Shown: positions 24,483-37,522 of the stretch, one piece after another | Numbering within the stretch: the stretch's first letter is position 1 | Layout: every line of letters begins with the position of its first letter | NCBI GenBank assembly: GCA_964035545.1 | Contig: OZ037768.1 | Span: forward strand, 24,213,319 to 24,277,318 | Direction of reading: 5' to 3' | Source of the DNA: Bugula neritina | Lineage: Eukaryota; Animalia; Bryozoa | Length of the DNA stretch: 64,000 bases | The notes under the pieces: model-generated | What the model was told of the DNA's origin: nothing | Database searches by the model: none | The model's input: the letters and a program-made list of their open reading frames with translations, nothing else | Made by a program: the position numbers and the translations under genes

Positions 24483-26542
24483 ATGACTCATGCAAACATG
24501 ATAAGTAATGTGGTAGTTGTGTGTATATCTTTATTAGTTACATCTGGATACAGTACATCAGTATACAGTATCATATCTGATGTAGAGATACATTCAATAC
24601 CAGAGACAGAGTTCTATAAGAATCATACAGGTTAGTATATTATCTAGTTTCATATATCATATATATATTTCCTTTATCTTATATTACTATATCTGTAAAA
24701 GTAATAGTATAATAATTATAATATTACAAATGCTGCCGCAGAGGTACCAGAGATTACTATTTGCTGCCAGTTGTGTGAGAAAGATGAAGAGTGTAGAGCC
24801 GCCTTATATAACAAGATTTCACAACAATGCAACATCCTCTCCACTTGTTCTCTACACGTTTCTAACATCAGTACATCTAGAGATCAAAGCTGGCAGTTAA
24901 TTCAGGTATTATAATATGAGTAATAAATAATTATATAGTAATATAGTGTGAGTAATAAATAAGAATATAGTAATATAATATGGGTAATAAATAAGAATAT
25001 AGTAATATAGTGTGAGTAATAAATAAGAATATAGTAATATAATATGGGTAATAAATAAGAATATAGTAATATAGTGTGAGTAATAAATAAGAATATAGTA
25101 ATATAATATGAGTAATAAATAAGAATATAGTAATATAATATGAGTAATAAATAAGAATATAGTAATATAATATGAGTAATAAATAAGAATATAGTAATAT
25201 AATATGAGTAATAAATAAGAATATAGTGATGCAAAGTGTTATAATAATATGTTTGTTTGCAGAGTAAAAGGGAAGACCCAAAGACACATTACAAGGGTGA
25301 GTATAATTATACATAAAGTTACTAATGAATACTGCTCTATGAAACATATTGTAGTTTATATAGACTCAGTTCTTAACCTCAGATTGTGAGGAGGTGTTTG
25401 AGTCTGGAGAGAGATGTCCCGGAGTATATTTCCTACAAGATCCACTCTCCTTGGCTAAGTTTCCAGTGTGGTGTGAGTTTGATGATGAACATGGCTGGAC
25501 TGTAATACAGAGAAGGTTGGATGGTTCAGTGGACTTCTACAGAGGCTGGCAGGATTATGTTGATGGGTTTGGTGACCTCTATGGTGAATTCTGGCTAGGT
25601 TTGTTTCATTGGTTGATACAGTGTGTTGTAGTTGTTGATTGGCTGATCTTGTGTTGTAGCTATTCTCTGTCTCATAATATTATGATTATAGCATCCTAAC
25701 GTATAAAATGGATTTAAACACTGAAAAGTTACTCATTTCTAATGAGAAACTAAATACTCAAACTTCTACTTCCTGTTTAGGACTGGATCACATCTACTAC
25801 TTGACTAGAAACAACCAGAAACTGAGTATTTACTTGGAAGACTTTGAAGGAGAAGTTAAGAAGGCCAACTATTCTACGTTCTACATAGGAGACAGTTTCA
25901 GTAATTATCTTCTCTCGGTGGGTACTCTCTTCTCATACTAGTTATCTACTTATTCAATTATTTACATTCAGATACAGATTAAACAGGTAATATAATATAT
26001 ATAGTGGCAAAGGATGTTATAAATATTAGCAATCTTCAATTCAATCATCAACTGTTTTGATTCCGAATATTTGTATTAAATTGCAAAGTCTCGCTGCATC
26101 CTGTAACTTGTTTAGATTTCCGGATACAGTGGAGATGATTCCGGAAATTCTTTCAATGCTTCACCAATTGATCACAATGGAAAAGAATTTAGCACACGTG
26201 ATATGGATAATGACAACGGCGATAGTGAAAGTTGTGCACAAAAATATACGGGTAGATATTATTACCAAATGTAGCCTGTATGTGACAATCTAACTAATAA
26301 TAACAAAGTATCAGTGATTGTGTAACAACATGGCTGTGTCTCAGCGTGCTATTGGCTGATGAAATGCCAATTATGTCTTGTATACAGGGGCATGGTGGTT
26401 CGACTACTGTCTGATGTCACATCTTAATGGAGAGTGGTATGCTAAAAATGAAACTTCTCCGCATGCACATGGAATCATGTGGTGGACCTGGAAAGGGTTT
26501 TACTACTCTTTGAAGGCAGTAAAGATGATGATCAGCAGATGA
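24483..26542 (+). CDS. Secreted fibrinogen-related (FReD/ficolin-like) protein with N-terminal PAN/apple-like module, copy 1
   Basis: Exons approx 24483-24630 (signal peptide), 24742-24905 ([29 protein letters not shown]), 25263-25296, 25383-25598 ([42 protein letters not shown]), 25781-25917, 26116-26251 and 26388-26542 ([28 protein letters not shown]). Confidence 0.93.
24906..25230. repeat. 32-bp minisatellite starting at the FReD intron-2 donor (paralogous arrays at 29961-30088 and 33685-34008)
   Basis: Unit GTAATATAATATGAGTAATAAATAAGAATATA; about 10, 4 and 10 copies in the three genes. Confidence 0.92.
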
Positions 26543-26556
26543 GATGTTGTTTGGTT

Positions 26557-27420
26557 CACATAACTGTACCATCACATAACTGTACCATCACATAACTGTA
26601 CCATCACACAATTGTACCATCACACAATTGTACCATCACACAGAACTGTACCATCACATAACTGTACCATCACATAACTGTACCATCACATAACTGTATC
26701 AACACACAACTGTACCATCACATAACTGTACCATCACACAACTGTACCATCACATAACTGTACCATCACACAACTGTACCATCACATAACTATACCATCA
26801 CATAACTGTATCAACACACAACTGTACCATCACATAACTGTACCATCACATAACTGTACCATCACATAACTGTACCATCACATAACTGTACCATCACACA
26901 ACTGTACCATCACATAACTGTACCATCACACAACTGTACCATCACATAACTATACCATCACATAACTGTATCAACACACAACTGTACCATCACATAACTG
27001 TACCATCACATAACTGTACCATCACATAACTGTACCATCACATAACTGTACCATCACATAACTGTACCATCACATAACTGTACCATCACATAACTGTACC
27101 ATCACATAACTGTACCATCACATAACTGTACCATCACATAACTGTACCATCACATAACTGTACCATCACATAACTGTACCATCACACAACTGTACCATCA
27201 CATAACTGTACCATCACACAACTGTACCATCACATAACTATACCATCACATAACTGTATCAACACACAACTGTACCATCACATAACTGTACCATCACATA
27301 ACTGTACCATCACATAACTGTACCATCACATAACTGTACCATCACATAACTGTACCATCACATAACTGTACCATCACATAACTGTACCATCACATAACTG
27401 TACCATCACATAACTGTATC
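26557..27420. repeat. 16-bp minisatellite just after the FReD copy 1 stop (CACATAACTGTACCAT); shorter paralog at 35382-35615
   Basis: About 54 versus about 14 copies. Confidence 0.95.
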
Positions 27421-29484
27421 GCCACAAACAAGCAGCTGGTATTATAAACATATTTTAGTCTAATAATGACTTTTCTACTACAAAGCTTATAGTAGGAAAA
27501 TCTTCTCTTTTGAGGTTATTTAATTTCATAACTCTACACTGTTGTCTTCTTTTAATTTTGTTACGTTATCTTTCAACTAAATTTAAGTATTTATTTTATT
27601 GTATTATAGAGATTATATATATACATTAATTATTTTATATTTTGGAGATGACCCAAGGATTTGACTCTGAAATTCAATATTTGAAACAAACTAACAAAAG
27701 GTTGATTTGTCTAAAATAAATTTGTTGTAAGCCACCCAAACCTATTGTTACTGGTAAATTATAATGTTGAATATGAAGAAGTAAGAAGTTATGGTGACAA
27801 CATAAAGTGTCTGTATTATACAATAATATCTATTATCTAGCAAACACCTGGGTGTATGCTATTCTTGTAGTTATTTCCTCACCATAGAGTTACACTATTT
27901 ATACATGTTGTCTCCTGCTATAAATATAACTCTTTAGTTACGTAATACAGAACAACATACAGTGGATAGATACAGTTCATTGAGTTTATTAACCAACATA
28001 TGTAACTCAACATGATTTAGAAACAGTAAAACAGTTAACAAGTGCTTGTCAAGTGCTTGAGGAACATAAAACACACCCAGTGTCACTTGCATAGATAAAT
28101 AGTTCTGAAAAACTATACCAGTATTGCATCAAGCCAAATACTGTGGGCTAAGAAAGCTTGATATAAAAATAAATGAATATTAATCAAATGTGTACAAATA
28201 TTGACAAATGATATAAAATATTATATACAAACAACCAGTCAACACTGGGTTGGAGTAGAAAAGTAAAGAATAATTAAAGCTCTCACTGTGTGAACTATAG
28301 AAAGAGGAGTAGCTATAATAAATGACTTGAGTTCATGACTTAATTGCGAGAATAAAAAGTAAAAAACATAAAATTGTTTCAACAAAATGAGCCCAAGTAG
28401 AAAAGAAAGGACTGTATAAATATGGTTTTATCAGCTGCTGCTTCATTTGCAAAAAATGCTGCCAGCAGCTAATAATGTTTAAAGTTAGTTTTTGTAACAA
28501 TTAGCTTGTTGCTAAAACTGAAGATTTTAAATACAAACACATAATGATAGACAGCCCAATTTTCTTCTTCTGTTAATAAATTTAACTTCTTTTTTTCTAC
28601 TCCAACCTTTTATTTAATGGAATTGAAACTATATACATGTTATACTCGATACTTAATAATAAACAGTTTCAGTATGGCTCAACCACGCTATAGTCTAGCG
28701 ATATAAGGACAACTCCTGTCGTAATAACCTTGTCCCTTGTTCTTTGTAACAATTATCAATTATAAGCTATTTAAAAAAATCATTTTGCAAAAACTGATGA
28801 AGGTAAGTGCTTTAACTAAACGTAAGTTATTATCTGTTGAAAATTATGATTTTAAAGCCACACTTACAAATGTATATTTTGTGCGAACTAAAGCAACTAA
28901 CTTTTACTGTCTATAATCTACATTCAACTGTCTGTAGTTTAAACCTTACTATAGATATAGTCCAAGTTTTACTGTCTAGAATATTATATACTCTACATGT
29001 CTGCTGGCTACAAACATTCAAACACAACCACACATGACATATTTAATTATTTAGTTATAATATAATTCCTCCAATCAAAATTTTCTGTTGGCGCCTGCTT
29101 TTAAAATAAACAAAATAATAATGAACAGATACCTTTGTTAAAACTGGTATATTGCCAACAGTTTACTAAATTGTCGGTCACCCTCAATATATTCTTGTAT
29201 GTCATATTGTTTAGGGGTATATTATGATATATAAGTAATAATAAGGCTTTGTGTAAAAGAATATTAAAGCAGTGCATCATGTTATTAGTTATGTAAATAT
29301 GTCCCAACAGAATTCCCAAAGGTTTATTTCAGATCGATATTTAAAATGTTAGAAAATTTAAATCAATAATAATTATTTAATATGCCAGCTTATAAAGAGT
29401 TATAATTTTCCAAACCATATCCACAGCTAAATCAAACCAGAGCATGTTTCTTTTCCATCATTGGAAGACATAAGACATTACATA

Positions 29485-32237
29485 ATGAGGAACATATTAT
29501 ACATGATAGGGAAGGCAGTAGTTGTGTGTATATCTTTATTAGTTACATCTGTATACAGTACATCAGTATACAGTATCATATCTGATGTAGAGATACATTC
29601 AATACCAGAGACAGAGTTCTATAAGAATCATACAGGTTAGTATATTATCTAGTTTTATATATCATATATTTCCTTTATCTTATATTACTATTTTACTATA
29701 TTATATATATATCATATATTTCCTTCATCTTATATTACTATATTTTATATTATAATTGTATAATAATTATAATAATATTACAAATGCTGCCGCAGGGGTA
29801 CCAGAGATTACTATTTGCTGCCAGTTGTGTGAGAAAGATGAAAAGTGTAGAGCTGCCTTATATAACAAGATTTCACATCAATGCAACATCCTCTCCACTT
29901 GTTCTCTAGAAGTTTTTACCACAAGTATATCTAGAGATCAAAGCTGGCAGATAATTCAGGTAATATAATATGAGTAATAAATAAGAATATAGTAATATAA
30001 TATGAGTATTAAATAAGAATATAGTAATATAATATGAGTAATAAATAAGAATATAGTAATATAATATGGGTAATAAATAAGAATATTGTGGTGTTATGAT
30101 ATATCTTTGTTTGTAGAATAAAAGGGAAGACCCAAAGACACATTACAAGGGTGAGTATAATTATACATGAAGTTATTAATGAATACTGTCCAATGAAACA
30201 TATTGTAGTTTTATAAACTCAGTTAACCTCAGATTGTGAGGAGGTGTTTGAGTCTGGAGAGAGATGTCCCGGAGTATATTTCCTACAAGATCCACTCTCC
30301 TTGGCTAAGTTTCAAGTGTGGTGTGAGTTTGATGATGAACATGGCTGGACTGTAATACAGAGAAGGATGGATGGTTCAGTGAACTTCTACAGAGGCTGGC
30401 AGGATTATGTTGATGGGTTTGGTGATATCCATGGTGAATTTTGGCTAGGTCTGTTTCATTGGTTAATACAGTGTGTTGTACTTGTTCATTGGTTAGTATT
30501 GTGTGTTGTAAGTGTTCTCTTCCTAATAATATCATAACTATAATGAGATGTAATCCAAAAACCGAAAAGTTACTCATTTCTAATGAGAAACTAAATACTC
30601 AAACTTCTTCTTCCTGCTTAGGACTGGATCACATCTACTACTTGACCAGAAACAACCAGAAACTGAGTATTTACTTGGAAGACTTTGAAGGAGAAGTTAA
30701 GAAGGCCAACTACTCTACGTTCTACATAGGAGACAGTTACAGTAATTATCTTCTCTCGGTGGGTACTCTCTTCTCATTCTATATAGTTATAATATGATCA
30801 ATCAATTATTTGCATCCAGTTACATGTCAAAGCAGGTTGAATATAGATTCCAAGCAAGTGCTAAAGCTTAACAATATTTGAATATAAGTAATGTAATAAA
30901 TAAATAATTTGCTCTTGGTACAGTTAGCATATATAATATATCCCATAAGTTTTTTTAGAACTATATTATTTGAAGCAGTTTCAAACCAGATAGTGTTTTA
31001 GTGGACTAGAAAAATTATTTAGATCTATAAAAACAAAGCTGTAAATTCGTATTTTATTTCAATAGTTGTAAAGGCATGTACAATTTACATGCATCTATAT
31101 AGTTGCTGTTTTATGGACAGTTATGATTTCCACTTCCCTCAAAAACTAGAAAACACATATTTTTCTCTGAAAATAATGATTTATCAATGCAATGTGTTTA
31201 ATGATGGCACAGGTAATATTACAGTTCTGTTGACTCCAGGTATCTGGCTACAGTGGGGACGACTCCGGAGATTCATTTATGGGAGAACATAATGGGTATA
31301 AGTTTAGCACTTTTGACGCAGACAATGACAACCACCATACGCACTGTGCACAAGTCTATAAAGGTATGATGTGTGCACGTGTGTGTGCGTGTGTGTGCGT
31401 GTGTGTGCGTGTGTGTGCGTGTGTGTGCGTGTGTGTGCGTGTGTGTGCGTGTGTGTGCGTGTGTGTGCGTGTGTGTGCATGTGTGTGTGTGTGTGTGTGT
31501 ATGTGTACTAATGGTAGCATTGAGTTGGAGGCCAAGCTTTCATTGGCCATTGGCTGGGCTCCTGAACACCAAGAAAACGGTCACCAAAGCTTTTTCTCCT
31601 CAGCCTAATAAAAAGTTATTAAATCAGTTTAAATAAATGGGACTTATAAATAACTCAACCTTATTTTAAATACATGTGCTGTCAACCAAAACTAAAATCG
31701 GGCTCGGACTGATTAGTTGCTAAACCTGGCCAATATTAGTGTTGGGAAAGAGGTAGCACTAATTAGCTAGCAGGGTTGAGGTAATTGTATATTGTAATTG
31801 TAATTGGTTGTAATTAATTACATTTTTTCAAGTAATTGAATGTAATTTGTAATTGATGTATAAAAATGTAATTGTAATCAATTACATTTATTTCGACTGT
31901 AATTATAATTGTAATTGTAATTGACAAATTCTCATGTAATTGTAATTAATTACATTACTAAGTAATTGACCCCAACCCTGGTAGCTAGTGTAACTGCAGA
32001 TCTGAGCTAAGATTATCTACCTACAGGTTGATAAGTCAAATCACAGTAACCAGGAACTCAGAGATCAATGTCATTGTTTTAGGTAGCTGGTGGTACCGTA
32101 AATGTTACCGTTCAAATCTCAATGGAATCTGGTATCCCAGAAACGTTCCAGTTCCAAACGGAGATGGGATTTCTTGGCAATCTTGGAGAGGTTTTTACTA
32201 CTCTTTGAAAGCAGTGAGAATGCTCATCACCAGATGA
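29485..32237 (+). CDS. FReD protein with PAN/apple-like module, copy 2 (divergent last two exons)
   Basis: Same exon layout as copy 1. Last exons approx 31241-31363 ([29 protein letters not shown]) and 32083-32237 ([18 protein letters not shown]...[18 protein letters not shown]). Confidence 0.93.
31370..31506. repeat. (GTGTGTGCGT)n/(GT)n microsatellite immediately after a splice donor
   Basis: Direct observation. Confidence 0.95.
31771..31980. mobile_element. ~210 bp non-autonomous hAT-like MITE in a FReD copy 2 intron
   Basis: Terminal inverted repeats CAGGGTTGAGGTAATT and AATTGACCCCAACCCTG. Flanking 8-mers TTAGCTAG and GTAGCTAG (8-bp TSD, 1 mismatch). Interior made of GTAATT/AATTAC subrepeats. 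Confidence 0.8.
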
Positions 32238-32454
32238 GCCATTGCGGCTCATACAAGAATTGATATTGAATTTATTATACTGATAACAATACACATTGAG
32301 TATATATTGTTACCAATAGCTACATATAGTTATTTATTAATGAGTGGAGTGCAAAATGTAAAGTTAGGAGGTCGCGTATGGCCTTAGAACCTCAAATTGA
32401 GCACCCGACTTGTTACAGAGGTTTAATTCTCCTGAGTAGAACTACAATTATATA

Positions 32455-32638
32455 TTTAGTATATGTTGTAGTGTAGTGAGTAAATGTTGAAGTGTAGTGA
32501 GTACATGTTGTAGTGTAGTGAGTACATGTTGTAGTGTAGTGAGTACATGTTGTAGTGTAGTGAGTACATATTGTAGTGTAGTTAGTATATGTTGTAGTGT
32601 AGTGAGTACATGTTGTAGTGTAGCGAGTATATGTTGTA
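32455..32638. repeat. 21-bp minisatellite (GTAGTGAGTACATGTTGTAGT)
   Basis: About 8-9 copies, between FReD copies 2 and 3. Confidence 0.9.
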
Positions 32639-33262
32639 ATTCAAGATAGAATACACTGAAAATAAAACAGAAAAAGCCAAGATACATTTAACAGGTTTCA
32701 ACATTTATTTACATCTTAACATGTTGTAAGAAATTTTACTTGAAAACAAATGAACAAACTTTTACTGTAAGATGCTTACAAAATACATTAAAATTTATTA
32801 ATAGGCATAAAATATTGTCTTAATAATGAAGAGACATAGCATAGAATAAATACAGTCAGTTTAATAGAACTAACTGAGCTTCAGTGGCTACAAGTGAGAG
32901 ACTTGTCAATATTTAGCAGCAGACAAGAGTATCTCGTCAGCATAAGAGTCCTAACGGCTCCAATTTCATACACGAAGACTGTACTTCATGTGTTATATTA
33001 CAATATTGATTGTTTGAGAATATGTATAGATATTAAATGTGTTGTATGTATCATATTGAAACAGTATATTATGCAGTTAGCTTTTTAAATATACAAAAAG
33101 AATTATCAAGTATTTGTTTTAAATATATAAGATGTTTAAAAAATTGAAATCAATAATAATTGTTATTTAATATGCAGTTATAATTTTCCAAACCATATCC
33201 ACAGCTAAATCAAACCAGAGCATGTTTCTTTTCCATCATTGGAAGACATAAGACATTACATA

Positions 33263-35367
33263 ATGAGGAACATATTATACATGATAGGGAAGACAGTAGT
33301 TGTGTGTATATCTTTATTAGTTACATCTGTATATAGTACATCAGTATACAGTATCATATCTGATGTAGAGATACATTCAATACCAGAGACAGAGTTCTAT
33401 AAGAATCATACAGGTTAGTATATTATCTAGTTTTATATATCATATATTTCCTTTATTTTATATTACTATATCTGTAAAAATAATAGTATAATAATTATAA
33501 TATTACAAATGCTGCCGCAGGGGTACCAGAGATTAGTATTTGCTGCCAGTTGTGTGAGAAAGATGAAGAGTGTAGAGCTGCTTTATATAACAAGATTTCA
33601 CAACAATGCAACATCCTCTCCACTTGTTCTCTACACGTCTCTAACATCAGTACATCTAGAGATCAAAGCTGGCAGTTAATTCAGGTATTATAATATGAGT
33701 AGTAAATAAGAATATAGTAATATAATATGGGTAATAAATAAGAATAATATAGTAATATGACATGAGTAATAAATAAGAATATAGTAATATAATATGGGTA
33801 ATAAATAAGAATATAGTAATATAATATGAGTAATAAATAAGAATATAGTAATATAATACGAGTAATAAATAAGAATATAGTAATATAATACGAGTAATAA
33901 ATAAGAATATAGTAATATAATATGAGTAATAAATAAGAATATAGTAATATAATATGAGTAGTAAATAAGAATATAGTAATATAATATGAGTAATAAATAA
34001 GAATATAGTGGTGTTATGATATATCTTTGTTTGCAGAATAAAAGGGAAGACCCAAAGACATATTACAAGGGTGAGTATATTAATTATACATGAAGTTACT
34101 AACAAATACTGTCCTATGAAACATATTGTAGTTTTATAAACTCAGTTAACCTCAGATTGTGAGGAGGTGTTTGAGTCTGGAGAGAGATGTCCCGGAGTAT
34201 ATTTCCTACAAGATCCACTCTCCTTGGCTAAGTTTCAAGTGTGGTGTGAGTTTGATGATGAACATGGCTGGACTGTAATACAGAGAAGAATGGATGGTTC
34301 AGTGGACTTCTACAGAAGCTGGCAGGACTATGTTGATGGGTTTGGTGATATCCATGGTGAATTTTGGCTAGGTCTGTTTCATTGGTTGATACTGTGTGTT
34401 GTAACTGTTCATTGGTTGATCTTGTGTGTTATAACTGCTTTTTGTTTGATACTTGTGTTATAGCTATTATCTGTCTCATGATATTATAATTATATAGCAT
34501 CCTAACGTATTTTATGAACTGGATTTAAACACTGAAAAGTTACTTATTTCTAATGAGAAATTAAATACTCTAACTTCTACTTCCCGTTTAGGACTGGATC
34601 ACATCTACTACTTGACTAGAAACAATCAGAAACTGAGTATTTACTTGGAAGACTTTGAAGGAGAAGTTAAGAAGGCCAACTACTCTACGTTCTACATAGG
34701 AGACAGTTCTAGTAATTATCTTCTCTCGGTGGGTACTCTCTTCTCATACTAGTTATCTACTTATTTATGCAATTCTTTATACATTCAGATACAGACTGAA
34801 CGGGTAATTTAATAAATATAGTAACAAAGAATGTTATAAATATTGGCAATATTCAATTCAACCATCAACTGTTTTGATTCCGAATATTTGTATTAAATTG
34901 CAAAGTCTCACTGCATCCTGTAACTTGTTTAGATATCTGGATACAGTGGAGATGATTCTGGAAATTCTTTCAATGTTTCACCAATTGATCACAATGGAAA
35001 AAAATTTAGCACACGTGATATGGATAATGACAACCATGATAGTGAAAATTGTGCACAAAAATTTACGGGTAGATATCATTACCAAATGTGACATCATTAT
35101 GATAATCTAGCAAATGATAACACATCAGTGAGTGTGTAACAGCATTGCTATGTCTCGACGTGCTATTGGCTGATGAAATGCCATTATATCTTATTTAAAT
35201 GTTTTTATACAGGGGCATGGTGGTTCACTGATTGTTTTTCGTCACATCTTAATGGAGAGTGGTATCCTAGAAATGTAACTTCTCCGTTTGCACATGGAAT
35301 CGTGTGGTCGACCTGGAAAGGGTACAACTACTCTTTGAAGGCGGTAAAGATGATGATCAGCAGATGA
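33263..35367 (+). CDS. FReD protein with PAN/apple-like module, copy 3
   Basis: Same exon layout. Last exon 35213-35367 (GAWWFTDCFSSHLNGEWY...WKGYNYSLKAVKMMISR*). Confidence 0.93.
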
Positions 35368-37056
35368 GATGTTGTTTGGTTCACACAACTGTACCATCAC
35401 ATAACTGTATCATCACATAACTGTACCAACACACAATTGTACCAACACACAACTGTACCATCACATAACTGTACCATCACACAACTGTACCATCACATAA
35501 CTGTACCATCACACAACTGTACCAACATACAACTGTACCATCACATAACTGTACCATCACAACTGTATCATCACATAACTGTACCAACATACAACTGTGC
35601 CATCATGCAACTGTACAGAAACAGGCAGCTGGTATTGAAAGCATATATTTTAGTTTATAATAAAGAATTCATTATGCCAAGACTTCTCTACTATAAAACT
35701 TATAGTGGGAAAATTTCTATTTTGAGGGTACTTCTATAATTCCACCTCGTCTGTTTTTTTCTTTTGACTTTGTTATGTTATCTTTCAACTAAATTTGCGT
35801 ATTTATTTTATTGCATTATAGAGATTTTATTTTATTTTATTTTATATTTTGGAGATGACCCAAGGATTTGACTCTGAAATTCAATATTTGAAACAAACTA
35901 ACAGCAAAAGTTGATGTGTTTAAAATAAATTTGTTGTAAGAAAAGTCACCCAAACCATTGCTGCTGGTAAATTATAATGTTGAATATATAAAAGTAGAAA
36001 GGAATCATGACAACATAAAGTGTCTGTATTATACAGTAATATCTATCATCTAGCAAACACCTGGTTGTATGCTATTCTTGTTATTATTTCCTCACCATAG
36101 AGTTACACTTTTTACTCCCTATTCACACTTACCGTACCGTACGCCGCAACAGCAAATATCCGCCATCTTTGTTAATATCCGACCTGAATCGTACCCCGGT
36201 ATGCGCTGCGGCGTCGATCAAGCAGTGCTGGATTCAAAAAATCACGGCGGGCTCCTATTGGGTAGAGTTGATCTGGTACTAAAATTTAAAGAACATTTTC
36301 GCGAGTTTATTTTAATCGCTTATTTTTGATTTAATTTAACTAATTCAAAAGTTTTAAAAGATTACAAAATCTTTATCCGGCTTGTTTGAATTAAACTCAG
36401 CTTAAAAATCTAGCTTTCGCTAATCACAAAAGCACGCAAACAAAAAACTTAAAATGATTTGGACGGCTTAAATATTCGTTATTTAAATTAGTTTGCACAA
36501 TTATCTTAAAAACGAATATATTTAAAAGAAAGATTATTTTTATGTATTTGCTTTTATTTAATAAATAGCATTTATATAACATCTTTTGATGAAGAATTTT
36601 GCGAATAATTTGTAAATAATATCCAAAAGCGTGGATACAGTTCATTGAGTTTATTAACCAACATATGTAACTCAACATAATGTAGAAACAGTAAAACAGT
36701 CAACAAGTGCTTGTCAAGTGCTTGAGGAACATAAAACACACCCAGTGTCACTTGCATAGATAAATAGTCCTGAAAAACTATACCAGTATTGCATCAAGCC
36801 AAATACTGTGGGCTAAGAAAGCTTGATATAAAAATAAATGAATATTAATCAAATGTGTACAAATATTGACAAATAATATAAAATATTATATACAAACAAC
36901 CAGTCAACACTGGGTTGGAGTAGAAAAGTAAAGAATAATTAAAGCTCTCACTGTGTGAACTATAGAAAGAGGAGTAGCTATAATAAATGACTTGAGTTCA
37001 TGACTTAATTGCGAGAATAAAAAGTAAAAAACATAAAATTGTTTCAACAAAATGAG
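35368..37056 (+). repeat. Segmental duplication of FReD 3' flank (paralog of 26543-28391)
   Basis: Long near-identical stretches, e.g. 27969-28391 versus 36634-37056, both ending at ...GTTTCAACAAAATGAG. Confidence 0.9.
36108..36632. mobile_element. ~520 bp insertion (probable transposon fragment) in the duplicated block
   Basis: Present at 36.1-36.6 kb but absent from the paralogous block near 27896-27968, where ~70 bp of other sequence sits. CpG-rich left end (CCCTATTCACACTTACCGTACCG). No clear TSD or second TIR. Confidence 0.5.
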
Positions 37057-37287
37057 TGAGCATAAAGACTGAGAGCTATTCTATTGCAAACAGAAGCTGA
37101 TAAAGTAAAGTATTAGCATAAGATACGTTGAGAATATAACATAAAATGTAGAGTTGAACCAGCTTGGTTTTACAACTACATGTTTAGGAGCAAATGTAGA
37201 TGTTCTATGTACATCAGGAAGATGTGAAATATTATGATAGAAGCTTAATATTAAGTACAACATAAAACTAAGTATTTGAATACCAAG

Positions 37288-37500
37288 CGGTGACACCTTA
37301 GTGTGTGACACCTCAGTGACTCGGTGAGTGACACCTTAGTGTGTGACACCTCAGTGACTCGGTGAGTGACACCACAGCGTGTGACACCTCAGCGTGTGAC
37401 ACCTCAGTGTGTGATACCTCAGTGTGTGACACCTCAGTGACTCGGTGAGTGACACCACAGAGTGTGACACCTCAGCGTGTGACACCTCAGCGACTCAGTG
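37288..37500. repeat. 15-bp-based minisatellite (GTGTGACACCTCAGC) just after the EGFR stop
   Basis: Direct tandem copies. Confidence 0.88.
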
Positions 37501-37522
37501 TGTTAGTGACCGAGACAAGAGG

